This document shows, piece by piece, positions 57,183 to 64,000 of a DNA stretch of 64,000 nucleotides (positions within the stretch are counted from its first letter, which is position 1; every line of letters begins with the position of its first letter). The notes beneath the pieces are model-generated. The model was not told the DNA's origin. It searched no databases and saw only the letters and a program-made list of their open reading frames with translations. Source of the stretch: Nitrospirota bacterium (lineage in GTDB: Bacteria > Nitrospirota > Thermodesulfovibrionia > Thermodesulfovibrionales > Dissulfurispiraceae); NCBI GenBank assembly GCA_040754455.1, contig JBFMCP010000001.1:64001-128000 (forward strand), in the 5' to 3' direction. The position numbers were made by a program, and so were the translations under genes.

Positions 57183-57221
57183 TGCCCAAAAAATAGGCAC
57201 TGCCTGCCTCTCTTTTAGGCA
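57183..57221 (+). promoter_or_regulatory. Two NtrC-like 17-bp sites 22 bp apart
   Basis: TGCCCAAAAAATAGGCA and TGCCTCTCTTTTAGGCA. Confidence 0.65.
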
Positions 57222-57272
57222 TATATACGGTGATGTTTAAAAAATTCCTTTGTGTTTCAACCACACCATTCC

Positions 57273-57288
57273 TGGTATGCCGTTTGCT
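57273..57288 (+). promoter_or_regulatory. sigma54 promoter
   Basis: TGGTAT-GCCGT-TTGCT. Confidence 0.75.
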
Positions 57289-57300
57289 ATTACTCTTTAT

Positions 57301-57996
57301 ATGTCTGTCCTTATATGTAAGAACATAAGCATCGAGGGGCCCGGTACTATCGAAGACTTTCTTAACGAAAACGGTATCCCCTCCACGATCGTGGATCTGT
57401 CTCGAGGAGAAGCTATCACCGACACGGACCGGTTTACCACGCTTGTCATGATGGGCGGCCCCATGAGCGTGAATGAGGACGACCGGTATCCCTACATCAA
57501 AAAAGAAGAAGAGCTGGTGCGGGATTTCGCAGCAAAAGACAAACGAATCCTCGGCATCTGTCTCGGGGCGCAGATCATGGCCAAGGCGTTTGGCTCGAAG
57601 GTCTACAAAGGTGCTGAAAAGGAGATCGGCTGGTACGATATAGAGCTCACCGAGGAGGGGATACGGGATGCGCTCATGAGAAAGCTCTCGATACATCCCC
57701 AGGCCGGGGATGTGTGGCGAAAGTTCAAAGTATTCCACTGGCACGGCGAGACGTTCGATATCCCTTCAGGTGCGGTAAGGCTCGCCGGTTCGGCGCTCTT
57801 CCCGAACCAGGCATTCAGATATGGGACAAAGGCCTATGCCTTCCAGTTTCACATCGAAGTAACAAAGGATATGGTGTATGATTGGCTTAAAGATGAAAAC
57901 ATCGACCTTACAAAATTGAAGACAGAGACCGAACGGCTCTATGACGTTTATCACGGCAGGGCGCAACAGTTTTACAGAGCGTTCTTTCAAAAATAA
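57301..57996 (+). CDS. Type 1 glutamine amidotransferase-like protein
   Basis: MGGPMSV, GICLGAQ, FHWHGETF, QFHIE. Confidence 0.88.
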   Translation: MSVLICKNISIEGPGTIEDFLNENGIPSTIVDLSRGEAITDTDRFTTLVMMGGPMSVNEDDRYPYIKKEEELVRDFAAKDKRILGICLGAQIMAKAFGSKVYKGAEKEIGWYDIELTEEGIRDALMRKLSIHPQAGDVWRKFKVFHWHGETFDIPSGAVRLAGSALFPNQAFRYGTKAYAFQFHIEVTKDMVYDWLKDENIDLTKLKTETERLYDVYHGRAQQFYRAFFQK

Positions 57997-58076
57997 TCTC
58001 TAAACCCGAAGCACTAAATCCCAAACAGGATAAGAGCCAAATGTATTTAGGATTTAGATATTAGGATTTCGAATTT
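57995..58076. repeat. Heptamer inverted array (AAATCCG family), GATase-glnB
   Basis: aatctct aaacccg aagcact aaatccc ... tttagga tttagat attagga tttcgaa. Confidence 0.8.
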
Positions 58077-58101
58077 GATGATTCTGATGATGAGGAGGTG
58101 A

Positions 58102-58443
<342 letters not shown>

Positions 58444-58448
58444 CTAAC

Positions 58449-58514
58449 GACAAGGAAGAAGGGAGAAGTGAAGCAAGTTGCGAGTTCCTACTTCATATTT
58501 CCCGCTTCCAACTT
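58449..58514. repeat. Degenerate heptamer inverted array, glnB-glnA
   Basis: aagaagg gagaagt ... ctacttc atatttc ccgcttc caactta. Confidence 0.5.
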
Positions 58515-58536
58515 AATTTAAATCAGGAGGAAAGGT

Positions 58537-59949
58537 ATGACACCCAAAGACGTACTCAAGATGGCCCAAGAAAACAAGGCCGTCATGGCGAATTTCAAGT
58601 TTCTCGATTACCCCGGCATCTGGCAGCACTTTGCAGTGCCGATCTCTGAATTGACCGAGGGCGTGTTTGAAGAAGGGCTCGGTTTCGACGGCTCTTCGAT
58701 CAGGGGATGGCAGGCGATCAACACCTCGGACATGCTGATCGTTCCCGATCCGACCACCGCGTTTATGGATCCCTTCATGGAGTATCCGACCATCAGTCTC
58801 ATTTGCAATATCGTCGACCCTATCACCAAGGAATTCTACACGAGGGATCCCCGTTATATTGCACAGAAGGCTGAAGCATATCTCAAGTCCACCGGCGTCG
58901 GAGACACCGCGTACTTCGGCCCTGAAGCGGAGTTCTTCATCTTCGATGATGTCATGTTCGATCAGAATGCCCACAGCGGCTACTATTTCATCGACTCCGT
59001 CGAGGGCATCTGGAACTCTGGCCGCGACGAGAAGCCGAATCTCGGGTACAAGCCGAGACACAAAGAAGGATACTTCCCTGTACCGCCCACCGACAGTCAG
59101 GTAAATCTCAGAACCGAAATGGTCATGGAGATGCTCAAGGTCGGCATCTATGTGGAGAGAGAGCACCATGAAGTCGCCACTGCGGGCCAGGCGGAGATCG
59201 ATATGCGGTTCGATTCCCTGGTCAAGATGGCTGACAAGAATATGCTCTTCAAATACATCATCAAGAATGTGGCAAGGAGGCACGGCAAAACCGTCACCTT
59301 CATGCCGAAACCGCTCTTCGGCGACAACGGCTCCGGTATGCATGTTCACCAGAGCATCTGGAAAGGCGGGAAACCCCTCTTCGCCGGCAACGGCTATGCA
59401 GGCCTGAGCGAGATGGCGCTCTATTACATCGGCGGTATCCTGAAGCATGCGAAGTCCCTTGCAGCGCTCACCAACCCGACCACCAACTCCTACAAGAGAC
59501 TGACCCCGGGCTTCGAGGCACCGGTCAACCTTGCGTACTCCGCAAGAAACCGTTCCGCTTCCATCAGAATCCCGACCTACTCGGCGAGCCCGAAGGCAAA
59601 GAGAGTCGAAGTAAGATTCCCCGACCCCTCATGCAACACCTATCTTGCCTTCTCTGCAATGCTGATGGCAGGACTCGACGGTATCGAGAACAAGATACAT
59701 CCGGGTGAGCCGCTCGACAAGGATATTTACGAGCTCGGCCCTGAAGAGCTTGCTTCGGTCCCGACCATGCCGGGCAGCCTTGATGAGGCGCTCAATCACC
59801 TCGAGGAAGACCATGAGTATCTCATGAAGGGCAATGTCTTTACCCAGGACGCCATCGAGACCTGGATCAACTACAAGAGGACAAGGGAGGTCGATCAGCT
59901 CAGGTTGAGGCCGCACCCCTACGAGTTCTTCCTCTACTACGACATCTAG
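58537..59949 (+). CDS. glnA: Glutamine synthetase type I (beta)
   Basis: [30 protein letters not shown], adenylylation Tyr DKDIYEL. Confidence 0.97.
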   Translation: MTPKDVLKMAQENKAVMANFKFLDYPGIWQHFAVPISELTEGVFEEGLGFDGSSIRGWQAINTSDMLIVPDPTTAFMDPFMEYPTISLICNIVDPITKEFYTRDPRYIAQKAEAYLKSTGVGDTAYFGPEAEFFIFDDVMFDQNAHSGYYFIDSVEGIWNSGRDEKPNLGYKPRHKEGYFPVPPTDSQVNLRTEMVMEMLKVGIYVEREHHEVATAGQAEIDMRFDSLVKMADKNMLFKYIIKNVARRHGKTVTFMPKPLFGDNGSGMHVHQSIWKGGKPLFAGNGYAGLSEMALYYIGGILKHAKSLAALTNPTTNSYKRLTPGFEAPVNLAYSARNRSASIRIPTYSASPKAKRVEVRFPDPSCNTYLAFSAMLMAGLDGIENKIHPGEPLDKDIYELGPEELASVPTMPGSLDEALNHLEEDHEYLMKGNVFTQDAIETWINYKRTREVDQLRLRPHPYEFFLYYDI

Positions 59950-59966
59950 GCCGTACATCTGTGATA

Positions 59967-60003
59967 CTACAAGAGGGGATGCACAACGCATCCCCTCTTG
60001 TAG
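59967..60003. terminator. Hairpin between convergent glnA and cheW
   Basis: 16-bp perfect stem CTACAAGAGGGGATGC/GCATCCCCTCTTGTAG. Confidence 0.7.
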
Positions 60004-60030
60004 GTGAATCCATTCCCGTCTATCCAGCTG

Positions 60031-60561
60031 CTATTTATTTTCTATCGCCTTCGTCGTCTCGATCATGGCAGAATCGCCAGCCTTGCCCAGCAAACGATCC
60101 ATATCGAGGAGGATAATGAGCCGTTCCTCGAGCTTCGCTATCCCCTTAATGAACTCGGTGCTTATATTCGATGCCATAGGAGGGGTCGGCTCGACCGTAT
60201 CAATAGGTATCCTCAACACCTCCGAAACCGCATCCACCACAAGCCCCATCGTAATGCCCTGAATGTCCATAATCATGATGCGTGCCTGTCCGTCATCCTC
60301 CCTTTCGGGCAGGCCGAACTTCTTCCTGAGGTTTACCACAGGGATGACCTTTCCCCTGAGATTGATGACCCCCTCGACATAGGCCGGCGAGTTGGGAACC
60401 CTGGTAATCTCTTTCATGCGGTTGATTTCCTGCACCTTCAGAATGTCGACCGCGTATTCCTCACTGCCGAGATTAAAAGTGACCAACTGCAGGATATCGG
60501 CGGTTACCGCTGCCGCTTTCATTTCATTGATCATGCTGTTCGTCTGAAGAATTGCGTTCAT
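60031..60561 (-). CDS. cheW: Chemotaxis coupling protein
   Basis: QLVTFNL, ITRVP, GVINLRGKVIPV, GLVVDAV. Confidence 0.93.
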   Translation of the reverse strand: MNAILQTNSMINEMKAAAVTADILQLVTFNLGSEEYAVDILKVQEINRMKEITRVPNSPAYVEGVINLRGKVIPVVNLRKKFGLPEREDDGQARIMIMDIQGITMGLVVDAVSEVLRIPIDTVEPTPPMASNISTEFIKGIAKLEERLIILLDMDRLLGKAGDSAMIETTKAIENK

Positions 60562-60581
60562 CGTGCTACCTCCCGTCCTTG

Positions 60582-60668
60582 AAATTCTAAATTCTAAATC
60601 CTAAATCCTAAACCTGAGAGGCATATTACACAAACCGTTTAAAATTTAGATATTAGGATTCGGAGTTT
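60582..60668. repeat. Heptamer inverted array (AAATCCT), mcp-cheW
   Basis: aaattct aaattct aaatcct aaatcct ... tttagat attagga ttcggag. Confidence 0.8.
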
Positions 60669-62259
60669 ATACCTTAAACCAGCTGATGCTCCGGTCCAGT
60701 TCCTGTTCCTGGATATGCAACCGGTCCATCGTCTGCCGCGCCTCAGCGATCATCTGACTCGTGGCATTGACCAGCTGCGTGATGTTTTCCATATTCCGGG
60801 CGATCTCTTCAGAGGCCGACGACTGCTCCTCGGTAGCCGTAGCGATCCTCTGGATCATATCCATCGCCTTATCGGTCGCCCCGACGATCTCTTCGAGTGC
60901 CTTCAGTGCCTCATCGGCAAGGCTGACGCCGCTTTCAGCATCCTGGGTACTCTTTACCATCGCCTCGACAGAGGCCTGAGATTGCACCTGTATGGCGTTT
61001 ATTTTTTCCGCTATCTCTCCGGTTGCCTTCGACGTGCGCTCCGCGAGCTTCCGCACCTCGTCCGCCACAACAGCAAACCCCCTTCCCTGTTCCCCCGCAC
61101 GTGCTGCTTCGATGGCGGCATTGAGGGCAAGGAGATTGGTCTGGTCGGCGATATCATTGATCACCGCAACGATCTCCCCGATCTCCTTCGAGCTGTTGCC
61201 GAGCTCCTCGATGGTGTGCGACGAATTTCTCACCGATTCAGCAATGCCGGTGATCGCATCAGCCGCCTTCTTGACCGTATCTTTCCCCTTCTGGGCGATA
61301 GCGGCAGCCTCCCTCGCCCCTTCCGAAGCAGAGGAAGCGTTCTTTGCCACATCAATAATGGTCTGCGACATCTCTGCAGTCGCCGAAGCGATATGGTCTA
61401 CCTGTGAGAGTTGTTCCTTCGCACTTCCTTCTATCTTGTCCACTTTTTCCTTGAGAATGCCTACATCCTGCTTCACCGTGCTGGAAACCGTGCTGATCTT
61501 GACGACGGTGTCACGTAGCGTCGAAAGTATCTTGTTATAGACATCCTTAAGAAAATTGCCGGTATCACTGATTTTATTCTCTTCCTTCAATTCGCCGCGC
61601 TCGAGGGTGTTGAAGCACGCGAGGGCCTGTGCCATGTTTTTCTGGATCGTTTTGTTGATGATGAAGAGAAGTCCTGAGAAGCCCAGGAGTGAGATCACAA
61701 TGACGACAACCAGTATCGCTGTGCCGCGCTTATCAGCCTTGTTTCCCTCCTCTTCGCTCCGTTTAAAGGTGTTTTCCTGTTCTTTCGTAAGCTGAACAAT
61801 GGACGCTTTGATCTCCCTCCACTTCGGCGTCTCCTTTTGTACCAGCATGCTCACTGCCTCATCCTTCTTCCCGGAAACAGCGAGGTCCTGCACATCCATC
61901 TTCAGTTTATGTGCCTCATTCCATCCTTCCCTTACTGCTTTGAGCTGCTCCTGCATCTTTCCGGTCGCCAATTTGATAGCATTTTCGTTTTCTTTTATAA
62001 ACTCCTCGTGCGCCTTCCTGTAGGTTTCCTTTGCCGTTTCGTCATTCGGATTGATGAGCACATTCCTTGTCGCCTGCTCCGTCTGGATGCCGTCGATGTG
62101 CATCTCGTTCAGGCTCAGGAGTAGTGCCTGATCGACAGCGAGCATCTTCTCCAGCCGCTTATGGGCCTTTCCATTGTGAACGATAAAAAGAGCAAGAATA
62201 ATCCCCAGAACCACCGCATTTACAACACCGACGATCATCAGAAGTCTTTTAATGCTCAT
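60667..62259 (-). CDS. Methyl-accepting chemotaxis protein
   Basis: Two [39 protein letters not shown]. Confidence 0.95.
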   Translation of the reverse strand: MSIKRLLMIVGVVNAVVLGIILALFIVHNGKAHKRLEKMLAVDQALLLSLNEMHIDGIQTEQATRNVLINPNDETAKETYRKAHEEFIKENENAIKLATGKMQEQLKAVREGWNEAHKLKMDVQDLAVSGKKDEAVSMLVQKETPKWREIKASIVQLTKEQENTFKRSEEEGNKADKRGTAILVVVIVISLLGFSGLLFIINKTIQKNMAQALACFNTLERGELKEENKISDTGNFLKDVYNKILSTLRDTVVKISTVSSTVKQDVGILKEKVDKIEGSAKEQLSQVDHIASATAEMSQTIIDVAKNASSASEGAREAAAIAQKGKDTVKKAADAITGIAESVRNSSHTIEELGNSSKEIGEIVAVINDIADQTNLLALNAAIEAARAGEQGRGFAVVADEVRKLAERTSKATGEIAEKINAIQVQSQASVEAMVKSTQDAESGVSLADEALKALEEIVGATDKAMDMIQRIATATEEQSSASEEIARNMENITQLVNATSQMIAEARQTMDRLHIQEQELDRSISWFKV

Positions 62260-62326
62260 GTCCCTTTCCCTCTCAAATGAAAAATAATCATGATACGGCA
62301 TCTCTCTGCCTAGAAAACAACGCATC

Positions 62327-64000
62327 CTATGCTTCGGAGACAACTATCTTATTCCAGAAGGCGCTGACCCACTCCCGCTCGGCTTCAAGAGCACCAAGAA
62401 AATCCTGCTCGCTCATGTCGAGGATGCCGGCAATACTTCTGAGTGAAGCGCTCTCTTTCTTCAACACGGTTTCATTGCGCAACCGCAGCACTGTTTCGAT
62501 GGTCCTGAAGAAGAGGTATATTTCGCCCAGCTGTGCCGCATCACCGGGTCCCGTAACTCTGGCGGTGCCGAGCCGATGGAGGGCAGGGAGCGTCCCCTGG
62601 ACAAGGAGACGGGGATGGGTCCGGCAGTGCCTGAGCTGGAGATATTGGACAAGGAATTCAAGTTCTTCGAGACCGCCTTTTCCGAGCTTTATATCGTAGG
62701 TCCCGGTACTCACCGAATCCTTCGAGAGTTCTCTCGAAATCCTCTCTCTCATCCTTCTGATATCACCCGCCGTCACTTCACCGCCCCGCTGCACCAACAC
62801 CGCTTCTCTCATTTCCATAAAGCGCCTGGCTATATATTTATCGCCCGAAAGAGGCCGTGCCTTTAACAAAGCCTGTAATTCCCAGGCCTGGGCATGGTTG
62901 AGGTAATAATCGGTGAGGCCCTTCATCGAGCTGATGAGAGGGCCTTTGCTGCCTTCGGGACGGAGGCGGGTATCCACTTTATATGCAATGCCGTCTTTTG
63001 TATAAGAGGTTGAAATCCTGAGCAGTTTCTCGGCAGCCCGCACATGGGTCTCCTCAGGTTCGTCTAGAGATATAAATATCAGATCAAGATCGGAATTAAA
63101 GGTAATCTCGCGCCCCCCGAGCTTTCCAAACCCTGCCATCCCCAATCCAGCTGAGGAGCCCCCCTCTTGCCCTTTCAGCAGGAGGGCCATAACCAGCTCG
63201 GCATCACTGCTCAGGTTGCGCATGAGCTCTATAACGCTCATGTCCTTATTGAGGAAGAGTATTCCCAAGCGGATCTCTTCCAGCCGCCTGAAAAGCCGTA
63301 TAGCCGCTGATTCGCCGTACTGGTCAGCCAGCACCCTCAGCTCGCGCTCCCGCTGCGCCAGCCTCTTCTTCCTCACGTCCCCCTCAAAAAGGGAACCTAT
63401 ATACTGGGGATTGCTCATGAAGATCTTCGAGAGATATTCGCTGTGGGAGAAGACAAAGGTGAGCGTGTCGATGATTTCTCCTCTCCCGGTGATGGCCTCC
63501 AGGTACGATTCATTGGTAGCAATAAGAGAAGAGAAATCGACGAGCTGCAGTAGCGCTGTATCGGGATCAGGGCTCTTGAGCGCCGCCTCGACAAAGAGAG
63601 GAATGACCTCTTCCAAACGGCGCCTCCCCCTCAGCGTCTGGAAAGAATGTATGGTATTCCTGATCTTTGTCAGATAATGTACTGCCTTGCGGGTGTCCTT
63701 GATCCCCGCTTTCGAGAGCTCTCCGGAGAGGAGATGTTCGGCAGGGGTCTCCATGTCCCAGAAGATGTCACTGAGCAGCCCCTCGGAAGACACTACCGAT
63801 TTTTCTGCGCCCCGGCTCTTCACTTCGAGGAGTGAGTCGTAGATCGTCCTCACCATGCGCCGCCGCGCATCGAGTACAGATAAAAAGCTTTCTCTGTCGT
63901 TGAATCCCATTTTTCTCGCCAGTACGGCAAGCTCGCCATCGCCCGAGGGCAATGCATGGGTCTGGATATCGTTCAACTGCTGGAGCCGGTGCTCGAGGGT
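62327..64000 (-). CDS. glnE: Glutamine synthetase adenylyltransferase (5'-partial)
   Basis: [44 protein letters not shown]. Confidence 0.92.
   Translation of the reverse strand, partial: TLEHRLQQLNDIQTHALPSGDGELAVLARKMGFNDRESFLSVLDARRRMVRTIYDSLLEVKSRGAEKSVVSSEGLLSDIFWDMETPAEHLLSGELSKAGIKDTRKAVHYLTKIRNTIHSFQTLRGRRRLEEVIPLFVEAALKSPDPDTALLQLVDFSSLIATNESYLEAITGRGEIIDTLTFVFSHSEYLSKIFMSNPQYIGSLFEGDVRKKRLAQRERELRVLADQYGESAAIRLFRRLEEIRLGILFLNKDMSVIELMRNLSSDAELVMALLLKGQEGGSSAGLGMAGFGKLGGREITFNSDLDLIFISLDEPEETHVRAAEKLLRISTSYTKDGIAYKVDTRLRPEGSKGPLISSMKGLTDYYLNHAQAWELQALLKARPLSGDKYIARRFMEMREAVLVQRGGEVTAGDIRRMRERISRELSKDSVSTGTYDIKLGKGGLEELEFLVQYLQLRHCRTHPRLLVQGTLPALHRLGTARVTGPGDAAQLGEIYLFFRTIETVLRLRNETVLKKESASLRSIAGILDMSEQDFLGALEAEREWVSAFWNKIVVSEA

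Overview
Bacterial chromosomal window, probably Nitrospirota/Thermodesulfovibrionia-like (inferred from gene content only). It holds a nitrogen island split by a 35.7-kb Mu-like transposable prophage. Left: MFS transporter, hybrid kinase, CGGC protein, EndoQ, then a sigma54-driven Mo-nitrogenase operon (nifH-D-K-EN fusion-X-I1-I2-fdx-nifB-small membrane ORF-hesA). Middle (16812-52488): prophage with a 5-bp GCAAG target duplication, non-canonical TA...TA termini, CI/Cro-type switch, MuA/MuB, an inverted packaging module, siphovirus-type tail with a -1 frameshift, and an amber-interrupted DNA methylase. Right: sigma54 operons for a stand-alone NifA-type HTH, porin, amt, glnK, amt, GATase, glnB, glnA, then cheW, MCP and partial glnE. 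Best leads: a MuF-PBECR nuclease with no protein immunity gene but a convergent promoter-bearing structured small RNA; TA-ended Mu-like termini; 7-nt-period inverted repeat hairpins at host gene junctions, one of which forms the NifE-NifN linker; a DNA-binding-only NifA-like protein with a shared TACA-N4-TGTA motif; a second structured RNA ahead of the methylase.
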